Origin: Eledone cirrhosa
Lineage: Eukaryota
Direction: 5' to 3'
Length of the DNA stretch: 64,000 bases
Assembly: GCA_964016885.1 (NCBI GenBank)
Contig: OZ024745.1
Coordinates: forward strand, 101,308,001-101,372,000
The position numbers and the translations under genes are program-made. The notes under the pieces are model-generated. The model was not told the DNA's origin. It worked only from the letters and a program-made list of their open reading frames with translations, and did no database searches. Shown piece by piece: positions 41,577 through 55,497 of this stretch. The first letter of the stretch is position 1. The number at the start of each line of letters is the position of its first letter.

Positions 41577-42789
41577 CAAAAGTTGGTTAACAGATAGTGA
41601 CATATTCAGACAAGAACTTAATGTTGTGAGTTCTATTTGAATAGTGAACAAAACTTTAAAACTCAAGATGAATATGTTAATGAGGATAACCGTTATGTTT
41701 AGACGCTAGGTAAATTTAAATAATTATTAGGATTATTTTTTAATAAGGAAAGGAAATATTATTAGGGTGGAAGAAAATTTAAGGAAAGATTTTAAGAAAA
41801 AAATATTAAAGCTACTAACAGAATATTTATGTACGTATATAATAGTCCGGAACGTATTTGCAAGGGTGTAGGGAGAATGAAATAATTATATTTATTTTTA
41901 TTTATTTAATTATTTAATTATATATTTTGGAAGTGTTTACCATATAACATGTGAATTATAAATAAATGTGTTAAAGTGAAAGGATATTAATTCATACATA
42001 TTTACACACACACAGATACATACATTTTTATATGTGTGTGTGTGGAATGGACCAACGTAGATTTCGACGATGAGTATTCTAGTTGTTTGATCAACAGAAC
42101 AGCCTGCTCATGAAATTAACATCTAAGTGGCTGAGCATTTCACAGTCACGTGCACCCATAACGTTAGAGATATTCTGACCTAGCTGGATTTTCATCAAGA
42201 GGTGTGTATATCATCTAAACGATCACAAGGAAGCACGTATAAATGGGCTTATATACATATAGCAAGCTACTTTCCTTTGGCGCATTGATACCCTTTCCGT
42301 ACGTTGTTTGGCTGAGTTGAGCCAATCGCTATCAGCGTAGGGATATGTATCTCAACTTCCGCCCAAATGGAGAAATTCCTGCTTCTTCTAATAAATTAAT
42401 TCTCTTGCAAATTGACCTTGCTAAGGTAAACAACCATTTGCTTTTGCTCCGCAAACATCATTCCAATATGTAACTACAAAACATTACCGCGGCCTGGTTT
42501 CTCCCTTCAGCCACTGGACCCTGTCTTCTCTTACAGATCTTAATTTGTTTGTTCATTTCTTTTGGCATGACAACCAACCAACCAGCCAACCAATCAAGCT
42601 TAATACAGCTCTTTTCACCTTAAACATTGTTAATAAATTCTGTTACAACGAACTACAAATTGGCGTCAACATTATGTTATCTTACTTCTACAATCCTCCA
42701 CTACTGTAATGGAGTAGGGACAATTCATTTAAGCCACTACTTAAAATCACTTCATCGGATATTCATGATTGATTAGTAAAACAGAGAAT

Positions 42790-43140
42790 CGAACCTGTAG
42801 GTTTGAAACGTACCGGAATCACCAGCATGGAAGTGATCCTTAAATTAAGTTTGGATATGGAGGAAGATGTAAAAATGGATGAAACCAGACTGCTCAAATA
42901 CATCCTCTGGGCTGAACTTACATGTAGAGCAAGAGTACTAAACAAAGAGGAGTCGCGATTCAAGGACGATCTCCATCAAACCCTGACACACTGCAAAACT
43001 TCATCTTCCAGCTGGGAAGACCGACAAGGCTGGTACTCTCTTACCATTCTAAGCCTTGTTCTGACCAGGCCACTCTGAGCAGAAACAGGTGCATGGCTTG
43101 GCAGCAACAGCAGTAATAATCCGGTCCAACATCTAAAGTA
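42790..43140 (+). mobile_element. RTE LINE 3' coding fragment
   Basis: GITSMEVIL..MDETRLLKYILWAEL..RFKDDL..WEDRQGW. Confidence 0.65.
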
Positions 43141-43171
43141 GAATCCGTGGGTCCGGTATTTAATTTTACAG

Positions 43172-43232
43172 GTATGTATCTGCTTATCGCCGGCTGCCAT
43201 GAAGAGGAACGTCAACGTCGACGAAAACCTAT
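43172..43232 (+). CDS. Candidate exon VCICLSPAAMKRNVNVDENL(Y), host gene
   Basis: taattttacag acceptor, gtacgt donor, phase 0 to 1. Confidence 0.55.
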
Positions 43233-43240
43233 GTACGTGA

Positions 43241-43306
<66 letters not shown>

Positions 43307-44008
43307 TCAAATATACATACATCAAGTCGAAGTAAGCTAAACTATTCAGCTGCATTAAATACGACTTATTGTGGTATTTGTATTCATCATGACATTCATT
43401 TTCCGTCCGAATGTGTATGTAACTCATAAATCGGTTAAATTAAATCAGTTCAATTAAACTAGTGGTCGTCTGCGTCAAAAGCAAATTAAAAGTTCTCGCT
43501 GGTAGTATATATATATAGAATACAATAGAGATTATATTAGCATGAATATGTGTATAATTGAATTACATTAACAAGGGTGCCTATACATGATCACTCAACC
43601 TGCTTGAAATAGCAGTATAACCTCCTTTAAATCGTACCTTTTACAATAAGGTACACGTTAGATAAATGTAATCTTATAAATGTAATCCTAGGCAGATTGG
43701 GTGGTCACTACTAGAATGCTTGTTCATCAGTACGTTCGACTAGGAATGACCTAACATTTAATATAATTCAACATATATACTGTATTGAAGCGTCGATTGA
43801 TATTTTACTTCACAACGAAACAGTGAAACCGGTTCACAAAATGACCTCAGTTATTAAAAATGCTTTCTTTTCCCGAGAAGAAATACGATGGAGGGGAGAA
43901 AAGAGAGGTGAAAGGGGGGGGGGGTGCTTCCAGCAGAATGTTTGGGGGAAAAAACAACAAAGCAAACGCGAAAACGTTCTTTACGAATTGGTGGCAATTG
44001 CCTTTTAG

Positions 44009-44054
44009 ACTGTCTGCGGTGTGAGATCAGCGACGACAACAGGGCCGCCCTAAG
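44009..44054 (+). CDS. Candidate exon (Y)CLRCEISDDNRAAL(R), host gene
   Basis: ttgccttttag acceptor, AAG|gtaaaa donor, phase 1 to 2. Confidence 0.6.
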
Positions 44055-44356
44055 GTAAAAGAAAGGAAATGGTGGGGAGACAATTAAGACAATTAAAATG
44101 TGTGAAATGGGATGAATATTCTTGGCGTCAGTTCTTAATTGATGTATTCATAAGTGAATAGAAACATGTGTATATATTGTAAGTAGATTTCGTTGTGTAT
44201 ATAAAATAAACGTCGGCATAAATATATTTTGCCATATGTGCAAAATACATTTAGACATATTTCGCAATATTTTTGTTTGTATGCTGACGAAAAAGAATAT
44301 TGAATAATGAGTACTGAGTGTTTCCACATATAAACACACACAGTTTTGAGTAAAAT

Positions 44357-44568
44357 AATGATTTCTACTATAGGCACAAGGCCAGCAATTTTGGGGGAGG
44401 CGAAAGACGAGTATATCGACCCCAGTGCATTACTGGTACTTTATTTTATCGATCCCGTAAGAATGAAAGGCAAAGCTAACCTCGGCGGGATTTGAACGCA
44501 GAACGTAAAAGGGCGTAACTCTATGCTTCAAAACATGTCCGGTGCATACCGATACTGCCAGTCCATCA
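44357..44568 (-). mobile_element. tRNA-derived SINE copy (long variant)
   Basis: Family consensus. Confidence 0.85.
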
Positions 44569-46227
44569 CCTTGCTTGCGTGCTGCGCGCGCGCGCCTGTG
44601 TGTGTATTCAACCTTCACTTTTAACCTACTCTTTCCTGATGAGGGACTAACTTTTAATACGCTGAAATATTCGTTTTCATTTTCCAGCAAGTATGAAACT
44701 AATATGACTGTGTAAATTATATCATTTTGTCTTTTTTAATCTTGAACTGGTCGAAGGGATGAATGAGATGAAGGTATGGATAGATACAATGTATGTATCA
44801 GCTGCGCATGTACGGGCATGCAAAGTTACACAGTTTTAAATTCCTTGCTTGAATTGTATTTTTCTCGTTGAAAGGACGAATTTCAAATAAATCGGAACTG
44901 GTATCTGTAAAGCCCATTTAAAAAGTTAAGAAAACTTTAGAGCAACACGATAAACTATGAAGCATTTGTTCTAGACAGAAAAAAGTGTGGAAAAGCGAGT
45001 GTTTTACAAATAAGACATGAAGTAGCACTCTTTTATCTGTTCACATATCAACACAAGAGCAAGAATGAAGTGTTCATTCTACTGACATGGCTATAAAATT
45101 GAGGCTTGTTTGCATAATTGCAAACGAATCGAATGTTATTATTCGAAAAACTCAGATTACATTTATTGTATTCAGCCATAATTAATATTGTATTTCCGAG
45201 ATGTCAAATTATTTTTTATCTATATAATTACAGCCATAGCTTAGAAACAGAATCTGAACTATTAATATTAATGGATTCTGGAAATGGAACCCGGCTTCCA
45301 ATAACTAAATAGTTCATTGCCCTAAACTCATATTAGACAGAAATGACATTTTACGACACAGAGCTATGTATTGGAAACTTTATACTCAAATATTGGAAAT
45401 GCAACAAACAAAATTATCCGATGTGGTTATTTCCGTTCAGTAAAATGGTCTTAATTATATCTATTAATATCTTCAGGCGAGTTAACGTTCGATTACTTCC
45501 TCGTGACATTCTTATCAAATTGCTCAACCGCCCTCAGAATAAAAGTATCAAATACTCTAAAATGTTTAGTTACTTATAAGCAATTTTATAGAGTTGTCTA
45601 GGTGTATATAGATCGGATCTAAAACTAACAACAGCAACAACAACAACAATAATAATAAAGGAAGGTTTATAAAGCGAAGGTTTATCAGATGTACTCTAGG
45701 TAAGTGTGTGAGTTGTTAATTGAAACACTGAAGACATAAATACTGGTATCTAGATTTAAAACTGAATGTAATTACTGAAAGCATGTCCTGAGAACTTTTA
45801 CCTCTTACCATATCACCATGTATATATATATATATATATATATATATGGTGGCTGCCAACTCGTTTTCGAGTATGGCCACTACTTTATATCCATGTAGGA
45901 GAACCCCTACCGATGTGTTGAACAAGTGTGACTTTTTAGTCCAGCCAGTGACTTGAAAACTCTGGTACAAACACTACAATTGTGACAATTATTGACACAT
46001 AGTGCTGGGCCCATGGTACCATGTGATGACAAGTGCAGAGAGATCTCCAGATACAAAGCAGTGCCTGTGCCATGAAGCTTTTATAGTGAGCAAAGGCACT
46101 GCACAAAGCCAGTCCCACTCTCTTAACCAAGATGATATTTACCAAAAAGAAGAACAAGTCAACATCATTGGATTCCATCAGGGTTGCAGGTGTTATATCA
46201 GAGTTTTCCTTCTCCTAGAATTCTGCC

Positions 46228-46360
<133 letters not shown>

Positions 46361-46403
46361 TGTGTGTGGGTGGGTGTGTGGGTGTGGGTGTGTGTGTGTG
46401 TGT

Positions 46404-46491
<88 letters not shown>

Positions 46492-46549
46492 AAATATATA
46501 CGTATAAATATATGTGTGTGTGTGTATGTGACATGTGGTTGTTTTTGCA

Positions 46550-47570
46550 GACAGAATTCTGGTCCTCAGGATGTCGGCTTCCTCATCGAGACTTTCGCCG
46601 ACACCCGTCACACAATCTCCGGTTAGAGACAACCGTTCTCCTGACTGCTTGGAATTTGAATCTGATGCACTATGAATTGTTTTCGTAGCAGGAGAGTTTT
46701 TCCGGGAACAGGTCGCTGACCTGAAGCCCAACCACTGACATTTAGTAAAGAGGCAGTAAATGGAGTTGTCTCTGGTAGAACTGCAAACCGATGGCCACGC
46801 AATATGGTGTGGGTCGCCTTCAGTCCTGGACCGGTGCCGAGGGAGGATTTCCTTCTGCTTTAACCAGTGGCTTCCTTGTTGAAGCTCATACGCCTAGTGG
46901 TGCCGTGTCAACACCACCCCCTCACGTGGTTCAGTTCACCAGCTGAAGCGGTGTGCCGGGGCATGGCGCTTGGAACCACACGTGAGAAATTTAGGGGATG
47001 GGTGAGGGCCGGTGATGACTGACCACCCTACCAGTTACGGTGCAGCTGTCAAACATCAAGGGCACTACCTCTGCCCAAGCCCCCTATGCCCCTAAGATGA
47101 GACTCTACAACAGCAACATGCTGTCAACACTCTTGTACGGAAGTGAAACATGGCACCTTAAGACCAGCCAAGAGAAGAAGTTGGACGCATTCGATTCCAG
47201 ATGTCTGCGAAAGATCCTGGGGATTAAATGGAGTGACCATGTAACAAACCAGGAAGTCAGGAACCGCACCAACCAGCAGCTAGTCTCTTCTACCATCTGC
47301 AAGCGACGCCTGGGCTGGTTTGGACACGCTTTGAGACTTCCCCCGGAGAGACTGGCGAACCAAGTACTTAAATGGAGCCCGCAGGGAAGCAGACGGAGAG
47401 GGCGACCCCCAATATGAACTGGCGCCAGACAGTTGAGAGGGACCTGCGAGCGACAAACAGACAATGGCGGGACGCTGTGCAACTGGCTGCTGACCGAACG
47501 CGGTGGAACACTATGATTGCCTCATGCATCGCAAGACGCGAAGCTTCTGAGTCTGAGTCTGAGTCTGAGT
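46550..47570 (+). mobile_element. RTE element 3' end with (GAGTCT)n tail, preceded by a GC-rich putative 5' UTR
   Basis: LLYGSETW..RCLRKILGIKWSDHVTNQEV..RRLGWFGH..RRRGRP, frameshift, DRTRW; tail 47549-47570. Confidence 0.8.
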
Positions 47571-47573
47571 GTG

Positions 47574-47693
<120 letters not shown>

Positions 47694-47717
47694 CATATAT
47701 ATAGATATATATACATA

Positions 47718-48270
47718 TGTATTAGAATTGGTGCTCTGAAATAGCGATATATATATATATGAATGTATATATAGTGTATTTTGCAATACACTGTATGCTT
47801 AATTAAAAGCATTTTGAAGACCTTATGCTGAAAATAGAAGTAAGTGACATTGTCACTACTTTAAAACAATAGCGTAAGGTCTTCAAAATGCTTTTAATTA
47901 AGCATACACTGTATTGCAAAATACACTATATACACATTCATATATACACCGCTATTTCAGAGCACCAATTCTAATTTTCAATTTTTGCTGGACCGGCAAC
48001 CGCTCTGTATAATCAGTTCCTGATTATTACTGGAATTCTATAAGAATCCAACATTCATAATTTTCGGCAAACAGGAGGAGTGCTGAGCTTTGATAAGTAC
48101 CAACAAGTACGAAACAGAGCTCTGTCAGCTTATCTCCCCTTATTTGCTGAAAATTGAAGTAAATGACATTGTCACTACTTTAAAACAATAGCGTAAGTCT
48201 TCAAAATGATTTTAATTAAGCATACAGTGTATTGCAAAATACACTATATATACATTCATATATATGTGTA
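47718..48270 (+). mobile_element. Retrozyme/PLE-like element: about 320-bp tandem unit plus inverted 5' arm, in (TA)n
   Basis: Direct repeat 47826-47945 / 48146-48265; 47721-47829 is the rc of 47871-47975. Confidence 0.8.
48059..48155 (+). ncRNA. Extended type I hammerhead with U3-A8 core
   Basis: UGAGCU-UUGAUAA-GUAC caacaa GUAC-GAAA-CAGAGCUCUG-UC^-AGCUUA; stem I extends via AGGaGGAG/CUCCCCU and AAUUUUCGGCAAA/UUUGCUGAAAAUU. Confidence 0.8.
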
Positions 48271-48284
48271 TATATATATATATC

Positions 48285-49086
48285 TCCTCTTCCGACCACC
48301 GCTTCTTGGATTACCCACACGCGTTTTGACTTCCAACCAAAATCTCCATACATCCGTGTAACTTACCACTTTTCAACCATCCTCTAACACCATCACCTAT
48401 ATAACTCACCCACACACACATCCCAAAACAAATTTTTTTATCCACACGCCACCCACACCCACAACACGCTTAAACCACACACACGTGCTTCCCACCACAT
48501 ATTTATACCCTCAGCCCCCTGATTCCTCTCCCCCCACCCCCTATCCACACACGCACAGACCCTCCGACACACAAAAACACCCCCCACACACACCTTCCTG
48601 AACATGCAACCCCGTTCTTCCCCCAACCCTCACTTTCACATACACACACACACACACACACGCACACCTAACCACACACACCACCTTCAGCCCTCCCCGC
48701 TCGGACACCCCGTCTCCCTCTCCCCACTCCACCCGCCTCCACCTCTACTCACCCCACACCCTTCCACCACCTGTTTACCCCCCTTTTAATTTCAGTTTAT
48801 TTTGATCATGCCTTTATTTTTAAATGTTCTCATTCCTTGTATTTTGATCAAGCTTTATTTTTATTTATTATTTATTATATTTTTGTCTTTATTTGTTAAT
48901 TTTTCATTCGCACCGTTTCCTTTCGCTATATGTCTCTCCACCACTCCCCTACACACCTTTTGAACTCTTACCTGAAGAAGGGCTTATGCCCGAAACGTCG
49001 TCCTCCACCTACCCCCCACTCTCCTGAGCGTGAATCTAATAAACATTTGTCGTACTGCCTCTCTGTTCTGTCCCTGTTCAATTTTT

Positions 49087-49090
<4 letters not shown>
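48285..49090 (+). mobile_element. Penelope-like 3' end with partial hammerhead (48972-49002)
   Basis: CUGAAGA-A-GGGC uuau GCCC-GAAA-CGUCGUC, stem I not paired; AATAAA near 49038; ends in (TA)n. Confidence 0.6.
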
Positions 49091-49122
<32 letters not shown>

Positions 49123-49487
49123 CATTCATGCATACCCAGAGAAATATATTCTTCGAGTGTGTGTGTGCAGTGGTGAACTGCCAACATTTTGATAATCTTT
49201 TCCCTCAGCTGTTAAGATCTCAACAACTGGGTACCGTATAAAAGATTCCTAATTCAGCAAATAAACATTGCTTCTTTAAAAAAGTCTGCGTTTAACATAT
49301 TACAAAAATCTTAAAGCCAGAATTCAAGAAGACTAAAGATGGTCTACGGTGGGTAAAATCGGAAGTTTTATGAGAATTGTAGAATACAGTGATTTGTCAC
49401 TTTGCCCCTTTGCATAAGCGACAAGAAATTAGGATTGAAATAAAAATTGAGGGATTGATTGGTAAGGCAAGGGATTGCAAAACAAGA

Positions 49488-50010
49488 GGGTTGGTCTGAA
49501 AGGAGGAGAGACAAAGCAAAAGGGTTGGTCTGAAAGGATGAGAGACAAAGCAAAAGGGTTGGTCTGAAAGGATGAGAGACAAAAGATAAGGCTTAAATAG
49601 TCGTCAAAGAGAGTAGATAAATACATGGTACATACAATAAACAGAGAGAGAGCTGAATTGAAAGAGAACAAAAGTGTGGATCAACCATACAGAGATTTAC
49701 AGTTTATGACAGGTTAAAATATTGTAAGGAAGAAGAGAACAAAAATGTGGATCAACCATACAGAGATTTACAGTTTATGACAAGTTGTAAGGAAGAATAA
49801 AAAAAAATGTGGATCAACCAAACAGAGATTTACAGTTTATGACAGGTTAAAATATTGTAAGGAAGAAGAGAACAAAAATGTGGATCAACCATACAGAGAT
49901 TTACAGTTTATGGCAGGTTAAAATATTGTAAGGAAGAAGAGAACAAAAATGTGGATCAACCATACAGAGATTTACAATTTATGACAGGTTAAAATATAGT
50001 GGGAAGAAGA
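49488..50010. repeat. 34-bp x3 and about 70-bp x5 tandem repeats
   Basis: gggttggtctgaaagga.gagagacaaagcaaaa; agaacaaaa.tgtggatcaaccatacagagatttacag... Confidence 0.9.
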
Positions 50011-50171
50011 AGCATGGACGTAGATAGGTACAATACGTCAAACAACTACTCAGAGTTAGTTATGATACATCAGTGTATTGTATACTTTGCCTTAAATTAC
50101 TTTTCTTTTCGTGTCGTATTTGATTAAACATGCAACAACTATTATGTATGTATATTTTTCAACCTAGCATT

Positions 50172-50316
<145 letters not shown>

Positions 50317-50348
50317 TGCACACAGTCATAAGCTAATACCGTTAACAG

Positions 50349-50382
50349 GAAGCTGGCAAGCCGATGGAACGGAGACGTATAG
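50349..50382 (+). CDS. Candidate terminal coding exon (R)KLASRWNGDV*, host gene
   Basis: gctaat branch-like motif, ttaacag acceptor, phase 2, TAG at 50380-50382. Confidence 0.5.
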
Positions 50383-50541
50383 TATATATACCGCTGTTAT
50401 GCGCTCGTCATTATACATACGTCACGAATCTCAGAGTTATGTCAGAGAGAAATCTCGGGATTACGATGAATTTACACTTTTTCTTTTGTAATAAGTACAT
50501 TTCCCTCTTGTTTCTGTACTCCAACGTGTTGGCACACACCG

Positions 50542-50644
<103 letters not shown>

Positions 50645-50932
50645 ATCTATGTGTGTGCACATGTGTTAATATCATCAAAACATAAACTTCAATACACATG
50701 TTCATGTATTAAGAGAGAGAGTTCAATGTAGGAACAGCATATAATTATTGTAACCTAGAGACATAAACATATATAAGGTTAACAAACGATCTAAATATCC
50801 CAGGGGCGACGCTGTCCACTTTCCCGTCTCCAAGGGCTTATATGTCCAGCTTGTTAGATTATTTTCATAGTACATTGAAGTTTCTAAGTTATCTCAATAA
50901 AATACATCTATGTATATTATATATATATATAT

Positions 50933-51025
50933 AAGATTCAGGATCCCGACAGCCGTTTCGACAGCTACATCAGTTCGGATCTAGCTGTCGAACGGCCGGA
51001 GCTCAGCCGTCGGGGTCCTGAAACT

Positions 51026-51028
<3 letters not shown>
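50933..51028. repeat. GC-rich hairpin of about 90 bp between (TA)n tracts
   Basis: ttcaggatcccgacagc..tcgacagcta / tagctgtcga..gccgtcggggtcctgaa. Confidence 0.75.
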
Positions 51029-51077
<49 letters not shown>

Positions 51078-51079
<2 letters not shown>

Positions 51080-51302
51080 AGTAAGTATGTTTTGAAACAG
51101 TGAGCAGGTTTGAAATTAGAAAATAGAATAGCTTTCACCGTATTTTTGACTAAAGGAATTTTAGCTTGATAATGGGGTTTAGAACCCTCAGATAAATGGA
51201 AAAAGATGAGTATTGACGTATACTCATCTTTTTCCATTTATCCGAGGGTTCTAAACCCCATTATCAGGCTAAAATTCCTTAAGTCAAAAATACGGTGAAA
51301 GG
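51078..51302. repeat. Fold-back with about 80-bp arms between (TA)n tracts (family of 3760-3972)
   Basis: ctttcaccgtatttttgact..gatgagtat / atactcatc..agtcaaaaatacggtgaaag. Confidence 0.85.
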
Positions 51303-52501
<1,199 letters not shown>

Positions 52502-53104
52502 ACTATCGTTTACGCCACAATCTTAATAAGTTACACCACTTCCTTATAGGGACGTCCTGCTCTTGAACACTGTTCATCGTTTTGCAGCACTCCAAAAAGG
52601 ACGTTAATTTGTTGCTGTTTTGGAGCCCTGTCGAAAAGGAATTATATGAATTGCCTTGCGTATACTAATAGTGGGAGGGTCGGAAACTGAAAGCCACAAT
52701 AACCACTGGCATATTATTATTGTTATAATTTTATGTAGGTTCTATTAGCAACACTGTTCAAGATATTCCAGTGTACGTGTACGAGACGTGTGGTAAACAA
52801 AATGGCGCTCCGAAACTAATGTGTTGACGCAAGAAAATATATAAAAAGAAATGTTTATAACACAATAAAATAGGATTTAGCCTTTTGCTTCAAGACCATA
52901 AAAACGTCGAAAAGAAAGACTGCATTTATCTATGAATAGACCAAAGTATTTACAATTTATTACTGAGAGCAGAAAAGATGACTTTTGTAACGTTGATATT
53001 ATCAGCACGGAGGAAAATGCAGTTAAACGATACGCTGGCAGAGATGAACATAAATTTAACAATCTTAGTTCCGGTACACACAATTTTTAACCAGTCCAAT
53101 CATC

Positions 53105-53795
53105 TCATGATGACAAAATAATGATTTCTAGTATATACACAAGGCCAGTAATTTGGGTTGAGGGGAAAGTCGATTAAATCGACACCAGTACGTTACTGGT
53201 GCTTTATTTTTAGCAACCCCTGTAAGGATAAAAGGCAAAGCTAACCTCGGCGAGATTTGAACTCAGACCGTAAAGCGGCGTAACTCTATGCTGCAAAGCA
53301 CGGCATCCGACCCTCTACCGATACTGCTAATCCAACGCCTTCATGATGACAAAATAATGGTTTCTTATATAGGCACAAGCCCATCAATTTTGAGGGAGGG
53401 GAAAGTCGATTAAATCGGTCCCAGTGCGTGACTGCTACTTTATTTTATTGACCCCGTAAGGATGAAAGGCAAAGATAACCTCGGCGGGATTTGAACTCAG
53501 ATCATAAAAGGCCGTAACCCTATGCTGCAAAGCATGGCGTCCAACCCTCTACGGATACTGCCAATCCACCGCTCTCAATGTTGACAAATTAATGGTTTCT
53601 GGTTTAGGCACAAAAACAACAATTGTGGAGAAGGGTAAAGTCGATTAAATCGACCCCAGTGCGTTACTACCACTTTACTTTATCGACCCCGTAAGGATGA
53701 AGGACAATGCTAAACTTGCGAGATTTGAAATCAGAACTTATATAACAATGCCGCGAAGCATGGTGTCTGGTGCTTTACCGGTACTGCCAATCCAC
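53105..53795 (-). mobile_element. Three tandem SINE copies separated by a duplicated 19-bp target
   Basis: tcatgatgacaaaataatg at 53105 and 53341, variant near 53575. Confidence 0.85.
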
Positions 53796-53824
53796 TGTAA
53801 AATGTATCATCACTTGCTATCATT

Positions 53825-54120
53825 CGAAGGAAGTAGATCCCTCTTCTGTGACGCCACCTGCTGTGACGCCACCTGCTGTGACACGTTCTGCGCCTCCAAC
53901 TTAGTCGCTTCGCCCACAAAAACCCCGGCATCGTAGCCCGCCTCGCAGAAGAACGTAAAATAAACAAATACCGGGGTTTGTCCGACCGTTTCCTTTACGC
54001 ACTGGTCGCCGTCGAGACCTCAGGCGTACTTGGACCCCGTACTGCCGAGCTCCTCCACAAGATCGGAGCGTCGGCGGCCCGTCTGAGGAGGGAGCCCCGC
54101 AAGGTTGGGTGGCTGTTGAA
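53825..54120 (+). mobile_element. CRE-like RLE domain fragment
   Basis: SRSLFCDATCCDTF..ARLAEERKINKY..LVAVETSGVLGP..LLHKIG. Confidence 0.75.
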
Positions 54121-55497
54121 GCCTCCTTTTTTCCTTTAAGGATTGAAATAGAAAAAAGTACAACATTGTATTAAATAAATAATTGAAAACTATGTTTAGA
54201 TGAAATTGGTCGCAATCGTAGAGAGAATAGAAGATACAGATAGCAACTTCAAAGGAGGGTGCATTCTGGATAAGGTAAAGATGGTATTTGCTATCACATT
54301 ATGGCTCAAGTCCACGCAAAAACAGCAGTGCGATGTTGTTGGAGAGAAGGGTGTGCAGAATGACAATGACTCACTTTTACTGACGCCGAAATAAAAAAAA
54401 AGATGCTTCTAAGTGTCATTGCGAGAAGTACTTGAATGAGAAGAATGCATGCTTCACTGGATGTGTAATGTTTAATGTAAGGAAACGACTGAGCCCAAGT
54501 GAACTATAGAAAAACTGAGTATAAACGGAATTGAATGTAGCGTTCAAGAGAGAGGATTGCACTGGTATGTCCATGTAATGGGCAAGGGGAGTAAGAGGGA
54601 TATAAAAAATAATGAAAACTAGTGCTGAGCACTTGAAACAGATGACACTTATGGAAGAGGAATACTAAAGAAGACATGGAACAGGATTGTCAAGACTTTC
54701 TCCTTCCCTTCAAATTGCTGCCCTTGTGTCAAATGTAGAAACAATTATTATTGTCATCGTCAATATTTTCTACAGTTTTATGAGGTTTTACTTCAGCCCA
54801 GTATTTCTGAAATGTGTACAGCATTGTCTTTGGGGAATGCGGAATTGTTTGCTTTATAGGATTTAGTTTGTAGTTTTGACTTGTGTAAAGTATGAGTTGT
54901 GTTTCATCCTTTCTGGGTCGATAAAATAACCTAGGTCGATAAAATAACCAGTCTAGCACTGAGGTCGATTTAATCGACTTCCACTTATCGCACTGATTTC
55001 GATTTAATCGAGTTCAAATTGCTGTCCTTATACCAATGTTAGAAAGAATTATTATCATTGAATGAGAAACTTTCGCCATATTCTAACTACAGAAATTAGT
55101 CTAATAACACGTCATAGAAACCCCTGAACGGAGAAAGATGGGCATCAGCATACGTGGGCGTCGACCCCACACCTCTTGTTTGTCGTACAAGTGTATTACC
55201 ATTGATACCAACCTACCATCCATTTCTCTCCGTTATATTTAGAAGCTATAAGTTAATAGCATTGTGTTATAAGTTCATGTGTTTGGAAGATGACGAGTGA
55301 AATTTGAAAATTGAATAAGAAGCGTTCGACGTATTTTAACTACAGGAAATAGTCTAACAGGACAAATAGGCCACCATAAACGGAACAATTGGCATCAAGG
55401 GGTTTATACACCCTGTTGTTAGACTATTTTCTGTATTCTAAATACGGAGAAAGATTATAATGCAATTTTCAAACAAACACACATTAGTATTATTATT

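Noticed and set aside
43172-44024. Alternative splice reading GMYLLIAGCHEEERQRRRKPILSAV*
   Set aside because: The other frame links in phase with both upstream and downstream exons, so it is preferred
44628-44685. ctgatgaggg...gctgaaat hammerhead-like remnant (similar at about 11010-11045 and 31515-31555)
   Set aside because: Stems too degenerate to call, though possibly decayed PLE ends
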